Source of the DNA: Nitrospirota bacterium
GTDB taxonomy: Bacteria > Nitrospirota > Thermodesulfovibrionia > Thermodesulfovibrionales > Dissulfurispiraceae
Assembly (NCBI GenBank): GCA_963710375.1
Contig: CAVPZX010000001.1
Coordinates: 1-64,000, forward strand
Length of the DNA stretch: 64,000 bases
Direction: 5' to 3'
The position numbers were made by a program, and so were the translations under genes. Under the pieces are notes generated by a model that saw only the letters and a list, made by a program, of their open reading frames with translations, searched no databases and had not been told where the DNA came from. Below, one piece after another: positions 50,731 through 60,276 of this stretch; the first letter of the stretch is position 1, and each line of letters starts with the position of its first letter.

Positions 50731-52017
50731 TCAGGACCCTGGCACAAACAGCGGGATTACATAAGGCCCTTCAGGGATGACGGCCACGCGGCGATCGCCC
50801 TGTTCCCTCACACTCACCATGACAGCGGCGAATGGCGATTCGATCACGGTGACTCCTGTAAGCGCCTGCTGGTCTTTAGTCAACCCCCCGGTGTAGAGAA
50901 AAATATTTCCCCTTTTCATGGCCTTGACCTGCATCTCCGTCTGCCATTCATCGATGGCCGCATATTTTTTCTCGATGATTCCACGGAGGAACCTGTCAGG
51001 TCCTTCTCCTGTCAGGCACATTTGCGCTTCAGCATAGTCTGGCGATCCAATTCCCTCAGAACATTCAGAGACAATGATGATATCCCCGCCCGGCTCCAGT
51101 ATGTCGAGGGCGCTGACCATTCCTTTGACTGTCTGGTAATAAGTCTTATCCAGCGGGTAACCCCCGGAACTGGTCAGGACGGTTTTGAACCTTGTTTTAA
51201 GGCTGATCTCCGCATAGGGTCGTACGAACGAAACCGCTTCGAGGTGACTCTCCACTATTTCTCCGAAATTGACAAAGGACATCCGGCGGTCCTCATCGAG
51301 GACCGTATTGACAGCCAGGCACCTCCCCACCATTTGCATTATCTCCATCTGGGCCGTGTGCAGCGGGTTGCCCTCGATAATACAGTTTGCGGCCCTGTTA
51401 TCCTCCAGTACCCGCGCACAGTGGAACGCGCGTATCGTATTTTCATGAGCAATGCCAGGGGCGACAATTTTTCTTCCTCCGGAGTAGCCTGCCATGAAAT
51501 GGGGCTCCACCAGCCCTACGACAATGCGGAGATCGGCATGGATAAAGCGGCGGTCGATCCTGGCTTCTATGCCGCCCGATGTAGTCCCTAAGTATTCATG
51601 ATCATCGTCCCGCCGCGCAAAATGGTTGGCAACTGCCACTGTGCCGAGGACCCAATCGCTTCCCACCACCTCACGAAGCTCGTCACCTTCATTAGGCCGA
51701 TGGAGACCTGTTGCAACTAGGACAGTGATAGAATCAGGAGCCATCCCAGCCCCGATCAGCTCTTTTATCAGTTGCGGTAGAATAAGGCCGTTCGGTACAG
51801 GCCGGGTTATATCGCAGATAAGGATGCAGCAACTTCGGCGGCCCTTCGCCTCCTCACTCAGCGTTTTGCAGTTCACCGGATTGGCGAAGGCAGCCTTGAT
51901 AGCCCCATCAGGGTTTCTGAGGAGAGGCATGGCTTTTTTTTGTATCAGCGTAACATTGATATCTCTCGGAAGATCGATAGAGAGTCCGGTTTTGCCATAT
52001 TTCATATTGATATTCAT
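50731..52017 (-). CDS. Nickel-pincer-dependent lactate racemase family (LarA homolog)
   Basis: DITRPVP, ATGLHR, VEPHFMAGYSGGRK, YQTVKG, ECSEG, IPEGPY. Confidence 0.92.
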   Translation of the reverse strand: MNINMKYGKTGLSIDLPRDINVTLIQKKAMPLLRNPDGAIKAAFANPVNCKTLSEEAKGRRSCCILICDITRPVPNGLILPQLIKELIGAGMAPDSITVLVATGLHRPNEGDELREVVGSDWVLGTVAVANHFARRDDDHEYLGTTSGGIEARIDRRFIHADLRIVVGLVEPHFMAGYSGGRKIVAPGIAHENTIRAFHCARVLEDNRAANCIIEGNPLHTAQMEIMQMVGRCLAVNTVLDEDRRMSFVNFGEIVESHLEAVSFVRPYAEISLKTRFKTVLTSSGGYPLDKTYYQTVKGMVSALDILEPGGDIIIVSECSEGIGSPDYAEAQMCLTGEGPDRFLRGIIEKKYAAIDEWQTEMQVKAMKRGNIFLYTGGLTKDQQALTGVTVIESPFAAVMVSVREQGDRRVAVIPEGPYVIPLFVPGS

Positions 52018-52136
52018 ATAAATTACTATTACACATTAGGGTGTTACTGTCAAGAACTCGCCTTGCAAAAGACCAAGTTTCATTAAGAAATACCAACACC
52101 AGCAGGTCATATGAATTATAATACAGATGAGGTTTC

Positions 52137-52595
52137 ATGGGTTTTACTCTCTATATCTTAATGCTTGCCCTCTGGGTGGGGGGCATGACTATATTCACGA
52201 TCGTGATCACGCCTATCATATTCAAGGCTTTTTCTCGTGATATGGCCAGTTCGATTGTTGATAAGCTGTTCCCTTTATATTTCCCTTATAATCTCGCCAT
52301 ATCCCTCCTGACATTGGCTTTCTTTCTGCTATCAGGTTTGCAAAAAAATGCGGGGAGTAAAATATCTTTTGCTCTGATTATAATTGCTAATGTCATAAAC
52401 ATATTTATAACCTTTAAACTTTTCCCTGCTATAAAAAAAGTCAAGCAGGACATTGTATCATTTGAACATACTGCCCCCGATTCTCCTGGCAGAAAGCAAT
52501 TTCGAAGGATTCATGTAGCGAGCATCGTACTAAATATTTTACTTTTGGCCGGCGGAACTGCACTGATTTTTTTGATCCCTTTCCTGAAACGATGA
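52137..52595 (+). CDS. DUF4149-like membrane protein
   Basis: Four TMs, LWVGG..VITPIIF, LFPLYF, FRRIHVAS..LN. Confidence 0.8.
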   Translation: MGFTLYILMLALWVGGMTIFTIVITPIIFKAFSRDMASSIVDKLFPLYFPYNLAISLLTLAFFLLSGLQKNAGSKISFALIIIANVINIFITFKLFPAIKKVKQDIVSFEHTAPDSPGRKQFRRIHVASIVLNILLLAGGTALIFLIPFLKR

Positions 52596-52733
52596 AGGGA
52601 GGGAGTCCCCACTTAATCAGCTTATCTGCCATCAGTAATAGTGTGGTACAATAAGACCCATCAGGTTGAACTTCCGGCTGGAGAGATGTTGACAGTGGAT
52701 ATCCGGACTGAGACCATTAAGGAGGCAATTAAC

Positions 52734-53393
52734 GTGATGGGTAAAACATCGCTCATAGCGGTCTCGGCAGTTTTTGCCGTGCTTTTTGCAGGCTGCTCAA
52801 CAATAGATTACCCGCAGCATAAGGGTGACAGCAATGTGTACCATTTGAATGGCGCTCCGAAACCGTTCGAAACCGGCAACCCGGCATCAGCGAAATATAA
52901 AGCGTATGTTGCTCCGTATAATGTGAACGAGGAGCGGTATGGAAAGCAGGAATTTCGTACCGTCAAATACTCAGAATTCATCAAAGCGGCCCTTGCCGAA
53001 AAGTTTGGCGGCAGTCTGGCGTTTGTCGACCAGCCGGATCATGCCAACATAGTAATTGACATGCAGAACAAGGAAAGCGCATTTGACCTGAAATCCTCTG
53101 CCATTCTTTACATTACTGCCAAAGTCAACGGGGTTTTTGTTACTGCAAAGGGACAGGTATTTTACCGCAAGCCCCACTGGCCCCCAACGTCTGATGATGT
53201 CGCCTCCGAGGTCGGTACCGCTGCGGATGCCCTTGTTTCGGTTCTCAAGCAAATGCCTGACGGTACGATAGGTGTGTCACCCCTGGATTTATACGAAGAT
53301 AAAGATACTTACTATTTCAGCGAACGCAACGGTGTATCCGTCATGCAGGGTGCATTCGGGTATAACGTTGCAAAGCGTATAGAGGTGGATTGA
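52734..53393 (+). CDS. Hypothetical lipoprotein
   Basis: AAGGAGG RBS; signal peptide with lipobox FAG|C. Confidence 0.75.
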   Translation: MMGKTSLIAVSAVFAVLFAGCSTIDYPQHKGDSNVYHLNGAPKPFETGNPASAKYKAYVAPYNVNEERYGKQEFRTVKYSEFIKAALAEKFGGSLAFVDQPDHANIVIDMQNKESAFDLKSSAILYITAKVNGVFVTAKGQVFYRKPHWPPTSDDVASEVGTAADALVSVLKQMPDGTIGVSPLDLYEDKDTYYFSERNGVSVMQGAFGYNVAKRIEVD

Positions 53394-53438
53394 GATGCGC
53401 TTGCAGCACCTTTCTGATGGCAGTGTTTGAATAAATAG

Positions 53439-54869
53439 TTAGCTGGTAAGTATTTTCAGTGCCTTTAATCTGATCGGCGATTTCAGTTTTCTGAGGGCCT
53501 TTGCCTCTATCTGACGCACGCGCTCCCTGGTTAGCGAAAGATACCTGCCTACCTCTTCGAGTGTATGGTCTCTGTCAACGCCTATGCCGTACCGCATCCT
53601 GATTACGGTTCCCTCTTTGGGAGTCAGTGTCCGCAGCACCCTCTGTATTTGTTCTGAAGTCTCTATGCGCTCGGCATCTGAATATGGCGATGGGCTTGTT
53701 TTGTCACCTATAAAATCTTCAAGTTCAGTATCCTCATCGCCTATAGGGGTCTGCAACGCTATCGGGTCCTGTATCGCCCTGAATACCTCTTCAACCTTTC
53801 TCACCGGGACAATAAGTTTCTTTGCAATCTCCTCATTTGTCGGTTCATGCCCGAGCTGCTGGGTAAGCTCTCTAGATGCCTTGGTGACATGATTATAGAA
53901 TTCCATCATATGCACTGGAACACGGATTGTTCTTACCTGATCTATAATGGCCCTCGTGATAGCCTGTCGTATCCACCACGTAGCATAGGTGCTGAATTTG
54001 AATCCTTTCTCATATTTGAATTTATCTACGGCTTTCATGAGGCCTATATTCCCTTCCTGAATAAGATCAAGTAAGGGCAGTCCCCGGCCGACATAGTTTT
54101 TAGCGATATTAACGACCAGTCTCAAATTTCTCGTGATAAGTTCGTTTTTTGCCTCCATGACAAGATGTCTTGCCTTGGATATTTTAAGCCAGAGGTCTTT
54201 CAGAGCCTCAACCTTTGTGCCGACCTCTGATTCTATTTTCTTATAATCAGATTGTACCTCTTTAAGCAGCATATCATACCGTTTTGTATTCTGGTTCTTT
54301 TTCTTTTTCTCGTTGATAAAGGACCTGAAATCTTTCAGCGCTCCATATCTTTTTACCTTTGCATCTGCTCTAACTGCTATATCTATCATTTCCTCAAGCT
54401 TGGAAAGTGTTTTTATAAGTGCCGCATCCGTCTTTTCTTCCTCAGTGCTGATGCCTTCTTCATTCTCTATGTCGATGGCATTATTAATTTTCTCAAAAAT
54501 GGGGAGTGCTGTTATGGTCTTGTTTATAATACCTCTGCCTTGTTCAAGTTTTTTTGCAAGGTCGATTTCCCCATCCTTTGTGAGGATAGTGATGTCACCC
54601 ATGGAGTTGAAATAAGCCTGAACAAGGTCTTCAGCTCTCTCATACTCCCCGGCTGCCTCTCCGACTTCCTCCTCTTCAATAATGCCCTCTTCGAAATCAA
54701 TGACCTTAACTCCCATATCGCTTAGGGCATCCATGAGACCCTCTATTTCGTCAGGAGAGAAAAATTCTGAAGGGAGCGCTTCGTTTATCTCATCATATGT
54801 GAGAACGCCGCGCCGCGTGCCAAGGGTTATTATCTCTTCAAATATATCTCTTTCTTTCATTTTGTTCAT
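53439..54869 (-). CDS. RpoD-like (group 1-type) sigma-70 factor
   Basis: Region 1.1 (GVLTYDEINEALP), 2.1-2.4 (NLRLVV, DLIQEGNIGLMKAVDKF, STYATWWIRQAI) and 4.2 (TLEEVG..TRERVRQIE). Confidence 0.93.
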   Translation of the reverse strand: MNKMKERDIFEEIITLGTRRGVLTYDEINEALPSEFFSPDEIEGLMDALSDMGVKVIDFEEGIIEEEEVGEAAGEYERAEDLVQAYFNSMGDITILTKDGEIDLAKKLEQGRGIINKTITALPIFEKINNAIDIENEEGISTEEEKTDAALIKTLSKLEEMIDIAVRADAKVKRYGALKDFRSFINEKKKKNQNTKRYDMLLKEVQSDYKKIESEVGTKVEALKDLWLKISKARHLVMEAKNELITRNLRLVVNIAKNYVGRGLPLLDLIQEGNIGLMKAVDKFKYEKGFKFSTYATWWIRQAITRAIIDQVRTIRVPVHMMEFYNHVTKASRELTQQLGHEPTNEEIAKKLIVPVRKVEEVFRAIQDPIALQTPIGDEDTELEDFIGDKTSPSPYSDAERIETSEQIQRVLRTLTPKEGTVIRMRYGIGVDRDHTLEEVGRYLSLTRERVRQIEAKALRKLKSPIRLKALKILTS

Positions 54870-55074
54870 CCATAAATAAACTCTAAAGTCATCGATCTTC
54901 GCCCCCGTGAGAGCTCAGGGGATTTGCTGTCTCGATTTTAGACTGTATTCATTTCATTATATGAAACCGTTCATTACAGGAAGATGAATAAAAATTGCTG
55001 AGAATTAAGGGCTATAAGCCCGAAAGGACGTAACGGTTCAGGGGCGTTTTTTCTCTAATCCGTGCCAAGTCAAC

Positions 55075-55119
55075 AAAAAGGAGACGAAGGAGCCGAAACT
55101 TTCGGCGCCTTGTCTCCTT
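55075..55119 (-). terminator. Intrinsic terminator after the CHRD gene
   Basis: Minus strand AAGGAGACAAGGCGCCGAAAGTTTCGGCTCCTTCGTCTCC followed by TTTTT. Confidence 0.75.
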
Positions 55120-55173
55120 CGTATGCCAAGCTTCACTATATTACGCTTGCTACATATATCTGTTTTAGCGGTC

Positions 55174-55650
55174 TTATTTAAGCTGACCCCTGATTTCCCC
55201 TCCGGGATTTTCTGCGGTATGCACATTCACGTATGTGCCGCCTGCCTCGATCACCTTTACCAAATCCTCAAGAGATTTCCCTTGCATAGGGCCGACGAGA
55301 TCTTTATCGGTAATTGTGCCTTTAGCCAGAACCCCGCTGAACTTGCCCTTTTTCTCTGGTCCAGTAAAAAGATTTACCACAGGGGGGCCGTTTTTGCCCA
55401 TGCTCCCATCATGGATATGCGCCAACGTAACATTCATTATATTCTTTACATGTAGTTTATACGTTATTTCTTTGCCATCGGGGCTGAGCTTAAAGTAAGC
55501 CATCCCGCTGGCTTTTGACATTACCGGCGGCACCTGATCCGCGCCTGTTAGTTTCGTCTTGAATGTCTTGCCTCCCGCAGCAAACACAAGCGCGGCACTT
55601 AATAAAACCGTCAGGAAAACAATGAACAACATTCTCTTCTTCTCCATCAT
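55174..55650 (-). CDS. Secreted CHRD-domain protein
   Basis: Signal peptide, LTGADQVPPV..ASG, AHIH..GKNGPPV, YVNVHT..PGGEIRGQ; AGGAGG RBS. Confidence 0.92.
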   Translation of the reverse strand: MMEKKRMLFIVFLTVLLSAALVFAAGGKTFKTKLTGADQVPPVMSKASGMAYFKLSPDGKEITYKLHVKNIMNVTLAHIHDGSMGKNGPPVVNLFTGPEKKGKFSGVLAKGTITDKDLVGPMQGKSLEDLVKVIEAGGTYVNVHTAENPGGEIRGQLK

Positions 55651-55950
55651 ATATACACCTCCTGAATTGGATTCTTGCCATTTATACACTTTGTCTTCCA
55701 TCCCCCTGGAAAAGGGGGTGACGTTACTTCAGTACCCCCTCCTTCCCTTATTGTTTCACGGAAAAGTCGGCTTTCCGCCATACGGTTGACCGTATTTTAC
55801 TTTTGTCCGGAGCTCAATTAATTACTAATTATCATTTTTTTGGTGCTTTGTCAAATTGTATTTCATGGCTGGAATTCTCAGATGCAGTCAAGTCGGACTT
55901 ATATCAGGGAAGTCATAATCTTATTCGAAGAAGTAAAGCGGGCGGCACGG

Positions 55951-57000
55951 CTATTCAGGTGTTTTTTCATCAGCAGGAATGACCTCTTTTTCGAGCCGCT
56001 CCTGACTCCTGATAATAGTCATTTTTACCGATTTGCCCACCGGCCATTCACCCAGAAAACGATGAATGTGATCCACACTGGTCGTCTCCCGGTCGTTAAT
56101 TGCCACTATCAGATCGCCTTTCATGATACCGCTCTTTGCAGCCGGACCGTCAGGTACAATTGACACGACCTCAACTGCAAAGTCACTTTTGAGGCCATGG
56201 AATATCACTAAGCGCCTGCCGAGAGGCCGCTGTTGCGCATTGATACCTAAAAAACCGCGACGCACCCGACCGTAGGTCAGCAGCTGAGAAACCACCCATT
56301 TGGCAGTATTTGATGGAATGGAAAAACCGATTCCCTGGGCCATCATGATAATAGCCGTGTTAATGCCTACTATACGTCCTCTTGAGTCAACCAGCGGCCC
56401 ACCCGAGTTTCCGGGATTAAGCGGCGCAGTATGCTGAATTATATTTTCGATGAGTCGTCCTTGCCGGCTCCTCAAGGCCCGTCCAAGCGCGCTTACTACG
56501 CCGGTAGATACCGTGGACTGAAATCCGAACGGATTTCCTATTGCTATTATAAGCTGCCCCACTCGCAACGACCCGGATTCACCTATCGTGGCGTATGGGA
56601 GACCTGAACCATCCGCCCGGATCACCGCCAAATCTGTTGCCGGATCGACACCGACCCGTGTCGCAGGCAGTGTCGTTCCGTTCGTAAGTGTAACAGACAA
56701 TTGGGTTGCTTTATGCACAACATGATCATTTGTGAGGATATAGCCGTCCGGCGCAATTACCACTCCGGAGCCGGACCCTGATTGTTCGCTTTCACTTCCC
56801 CCGGACTTTATATTTACAGACACGCTGACTACTGCAGGCCCAACCGCATCAACTACTGTGATGACCGCGCGCGAGTATGCGTCGAGAAGATCCACATCGG
56901 TCTTATCATCTTCTCTCACCTCGCAGCGACCTTCTACACTCCTATCTTCCCCTTCACCATTGATAAGTTTTATTACACTTTGCAAAGGCTTTTTATCCAT
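55951..57000 (-). CDS. HtrA/DegP-family serine protease with one PDZ domain; no signal peptide apparent
   Basis: GSGSG, LTNDHVV, DLAV, LNPGNSGGPL, GINTA. Confidence 0.93.
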   Translation of the reverse strand: MDKKPLQSVIKLINGEGEDRSVEGRCEVREDDKTDVDLLDAYSRAVITVVDAVGPAVVSVSVNIKSGGSESEQSGSGSGVVIAPDGYILTNDHVVHKATQLSVTLTNGTTLPATRVGVDPATDLAVIRADGSGLPYATIGESGSLRVGQLIIAIGNPFGFQSTVSTGVVSALGRALRSRQGRLIENIIQHTAPLNPGNSGGPLVDSRGRIVGINTAIIMMAQGIGFSIPSNTAKWVVSQLLTYGRVRRGFLGINAQQRPLGRRLVIFHGLKSDFAVEVVSIVPDGPAAKSGIMKGDLIVAINDRETTSVDHIHRFLGEWPVGKSVKMTIIRSQERLEKEVIPADEKTPE

Positions 57001-57006
57001 TTCTTG

Positions 57007-57711
57007 TCACATGCCCAGGTATGCTTCTCTGACGTGATCGCTCTTCAGTAATTCCTGTCCTTGCCCCTCCATCACTATACGGCCTGTTTGAAGAACGTAG
57101 GCGCGGGAGGAAATATTGAGGGCTTCAAAAACATTCTGTTCGACAAGCAAAACAGTGACGCCCCGTGCATTGATCTCCCTGATAATTCTGAAAATGTCCG
57201 AGACAAGTTTTGGTCCCAGTCCCAACGAAGGCTCGTCCAATATGAGGAGCGAAGGGTTGGACATAAGTCCCCGTGCAATGGCGAGTTCCTGCTGCTCTCC
57301 GCCGCTGAATGTATCGGAGCGCTGCCCCTGCCGCTCCTTTAATATAGGGAAAAGATTGAAGACGCTTTGCAGATGCTTTTCCACGTCTGTGCTTGACCGG
57401 ACGGCATAGGCCCCTAACATGAGATTGTCCAGTACGGACAGGCGGCCAAAGAGCTTCCTGCCCTCAGGGACCATTGAGATGCCTATTTTTACGATATCAA
57501 AAGGCTCGGTCTGATGAATCGGTTTATTATTGAACAGAATTTCTCCCTTTGAGGGATGGATGAGACCGGCAATGGTTTTAACTACAGTGGACTTTCCGGC
57601 GCCGTTGGAACCGATGAGGCTGACTATCTCACCTTCGTTGATCCTGAAAGAAATCTCCTGAACAGCCAGAAGTCCCTTGTAGCCCACGGAAACATTATTT
57701 AACGAGAGCAC
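57007..57711 (-). CDS. livF: Branched-chain amino acid-type ABC transporter ATPase
   Basis: GSNGAGKS, VPEGR, FSGGEQQ, LDEPSLGL. Confidence 0.92.
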   Translation of the reverse strand: MLSLNNVSVGYKGLLAVQEISFRINEGEIVSLIGSNGAGKSTVVKTIAGLIHPSKGEILFNNKPIHQTEPFDIVKIGISMVPEGRKLFGRLSVLDNLMLGAYAVRSSTDVEKHLQSVFNLFPILKERQGQRSDTFSGGEQQELAIARGLMSNPSLLILDEPSLGLGPKLVSDIFRIIREINARGVTVLLVEQNVFEALNISSRAYVLQTGRIVMEGQGQELLKSDHVREAYLGM

Positions 57712-58435
57712 TGTACTTTTCCCCCAGATATGCTTGAATGACTTCCCGGTCCGAGCACACCTCTTTCGGCGTACCCTCCATGATTTTTTTACCGCTGTTC
57801 AGGACAACGACACGGTCGGATATCTGCATGACAGCCTCCATCACATGCTCGACTATTATCAGGGTCATGCCTTTGTCCCTGATTTTCCTGATGAGATCAA
57901 TGATCTCCCGCAACTCGACTTTGGTGAGCCCGGCCATGGATTCGTCCAGCATGAGCAATCGCGGCTCCGTGGCCAGAGCCGTGGAGACCTCCAGCCTCTT
58001 TTTATCGGCAATAGTCAACTCTGTCCCAAGGAAATGCCGTTTGTCATAAAGACCCGTGAAAGTCAGTATCTCGCCGGCCTTTTCCATTGCCGGTTTGATC
58101 CTTCGATAACGCAACAGCGCACCGGTCGTAACGTTTTCGAGGACCGTCATTTCGCTGATAACTTCTACAATCTGGAAGGTGCGCGCGATACCAAGGTTGC
58201 AAACCCTGTCTGACCGCATGCCTGTTATGTTCTTGCCGTAGAAGAAGACGCTGCCTCTATCCGGCTTGTAGAAGCCGGTAACGCAATTGAACAGGGTGGA
58301 TTTCCCGGCCCCGTTGGGACCGATTACGCTGACGATTTCACCTTCCTCAACAGTGAAGTGGATATCTTCGTTTGCAGCCAGGCCGCCGAACCGCTTCGAC
58401 AACCCCTCGACTTTCAAACATATCGCCTTGTTCAT
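57695..58435 (-). CDS. livG: Branched-chain amino acid-type ABC transporter ATPase
   Basis: FGGL, GPNGAGKS, IARTFQ, LDESMAGL, VEH. Confidence 0.92.
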   Translation of the reverse strand: MNKAICLKVEGLSKRFGGLAANEDIHFTVEEGEIVSVIGPNGAGKSTLFNCVTGFYKPDRGSVFFYGKNITGMRSDRVCNLGIARTFQIVEVISEMTVLENVTTGALLRYRRIKPAMEKAGEILTFTGLYDKRHFLGTELTIADKKRLEVSTALATEPRLLMLDESMAGLTKVELREIIDLIRKIRDKGMTLIIVEHVMEAVMQISDRVVVLNSGKKIMEGTPKEVCSDREVIQAYLGEKYSALVK

Positions 58436-59397
58436 TACAGTTTCCTGCCTATCCTGGAAAGAAGTTTCCAGACCCCTTCGGGGTAGTACATGGAAATGAG
58501 AGTGATCAACAACCCGTATATCAGCATGTCCATTCCTGTTCCTTTGAAACCGAGTGCGACACGAGTGTATTCGGATGCAGGTATCAGTATGGCCGCACCT
58601 ATAACAGGCCCCATGATGCTCCCCGCCCCTCCAAGCATCGATATGAGAACAATCTGTATAGACGTAGCTAGAAGCATGACGCTCCCGGGATCGATGTAAA
58701 GAATATATTGTGCATAAAATGTGCCTGCCATAGCGCTCAGGAAGGCGCTTATCATAATAGCCATGAGACGGTACAAGACGACATTAACACCCAGGACTTC
58801 CGCGATTTTATGACCCTCCTTGATCGCGCGGAAATAGTAGCCCATTTTGGAGGTGGCTATGAAATAACAGACAGCCAGAGAAAGCAGAAGAAAGGCAAGC
58901 ATTATATAGTAATAAGGCAGTTTTGAAGAATTGAACAGGAAATTGGAGAAGGACTCGTTCTGCATGGGCAAGGAGAGTCCTTCAGCAGCACCCACCAATT
59001 GCCAGTTGTTGAAGACAATTCTGACGATTTCAGCAAATGCGATACTGGCGATAGCAAAATAGTGGCCCCTCAGGTTGGAACAGGGATACCCGATAGCTGC
59101 TGCCACCAGGGCAGCTGCGCAGCCCCCTGCGACGAGTCCTATCCATGGGTTGACCCCGTAAGCGATAGACAAATAGGAAGAAGTATAAGCGCCAATTCCG
59201 AAAAAGGCCGCCTGACCGAAAGAAAACATGCCTGCATAGCCCCCCATGATGTTCCACGCTACTCCCAGCATGCCGAACATGAACACGAGGATCATTACAT
59301 GGATGTGAAAGGGCTGGCTGATAACCAGGGGAAAGACAATGAGCAGCAGTAGGACGGCAAATCCCGCAATAATCTGTCGCATCGGGAAATTAGGCAT
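58435..59397 (-). CDS. livM: Branched-chain amino acid-type ABC transporter permease
   Basis: WNIMGGYAGMFSFGQAAFFGIGAY, LRGHYFAI, GGAGS..GP. Confidence 0.9.
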   Translation of the reverse strand: MPNFPMRQIIAGFAVLLLLIVFPLVISQPFHIHVMILVFMFGMLGVAWNIMGGYAGMFSFGQAAFFGIGAYTSSYLSIAYGVNPWIGLVAGGCAAALVAAAIGYPCSNLRGHYFAIASIAFAEIVRIVFNNWQLVGAAEGLSLPMQNESFSNFLFNSSKLPYYYIMLAFLLLSLAVCYFIATSKMGYYFRAIKEGHKIAEVLGVNVVLYRLMAIMISAFLSAMAGTFYAQYILYIDPGSVMLLATSIQIVLISMLGGAGSIMGPVIGAAILIPASEYTRVALGFKGTGMDMLIYGLLITLISMYYPEGVWKLLSRIGRKL

Positions 59398-59400
59398 GCG

Positions 59401-60261
59401 CTACCATCCCATGAGACCCTGCGGCCTTATCCAGATCGTTATGAGATATATCATGAAGACGATGGCATACTTGTAAGACGGGTCGAAGAAGAAGCCGCCT
59501 AAGGTCTGCGCTAACCCTACAAGTATTCCGGCAATAAATGCCCCCTCAATGCTGCCGAACCCGCCAAGGGCCACGACGCAAAAAGCGATAGTCCCGAACA
59601 GACCTCCCACCTGGGGATAGATGTAGTAATAAGTGGATAAGAAGGCCCCCGCCACTCCGACGAGGGCCGTACCGATCCCAAAAGAAAGCGAGTTGATGCG
59701 CTCTGTATTGATCCCCATGAGCAGGGCCGCCTCGCGGTCCATCTCGGTCGCCAAAATCGCCTTGCCGGTTTTCGTCCTTTTAAGGAAAAAAAACATGCAG
59801 ACAGAAGCGATTACGCTCCCTAGGGAAGCTGCTACTTTGGGAATACTCAGGTCGATGCCTCTGATTTGCCATGTGCCATGGAGTATTGTTGACGGCAAAA
59901 GCCGGAAATCAGGGGTCCAGAAATAAACGGCAAGATTGGATATAAAGATACTCACCCCGAAGGTCACTACCAGTTGGGCCAGAATGGGACCCTTCATCAC
60001 CTTGCTCACAATGAAGCGGTAGATCAGCATGCCCATGATAAACATGCCGACAAAACATATCGGAATCGAAAAGATGGGGTCGATGCCGTACAGGGTAAAA
60101 AGCCAAAAGGAGGCGAACATGCCGAGCATCAGGAAGTCGCCGTGGGCGAAATTCACGATGTTCATGACACCCCAGATTAGCGTCAACCCGATGGCGACCA
60201 ATGAATACATCAGGCCGATTAATAAACCATCGGCAAGCTGCTGAAGCAATTGATCAGGCAT
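59401..60261 (-). CDS. livH: Branched-chain amino acid-type ABC transporter permease
   Basis: AIGLTLIWGVMNIVNFAHG, AALLMGIN, LGGFGS, RPQGL. Confidence 0.9.
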   Translation of the reverse strand: MPDQLLQQLADGLLIGLMYSLVAIGLTLIWGVMNIVNFAHGDFLMLGMFASFWLFTLYGIDPIFSIPICFVGMFIMGMLIYRFIVSKVMKGPILAQLVVTFGVSIFISNLAVYFWTPDFRLLPSTILHGTWQIRGIDLSIPKVAASLGSVIASVCMFFFLKRTKTGKAILATEMDREAALLMGINTERINSLSFGIGTALVGVAGAFLSTYYYIYPQVGGLFGTIAFCVVALGGFGSIEGAFIAGILVGLAQTLGGFFFDPSYKYAIVFMIYLITIWIRPQGLMGW

Positions 60262-60276
60262 TGACCGGCCCCTCTG

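Noticed and set aside
55052..55070. Sigma54 promoter (TGGCACG, minus strand) for the sigma factor gene
   Set aside because: No TTGC -12 element at the required spacing.
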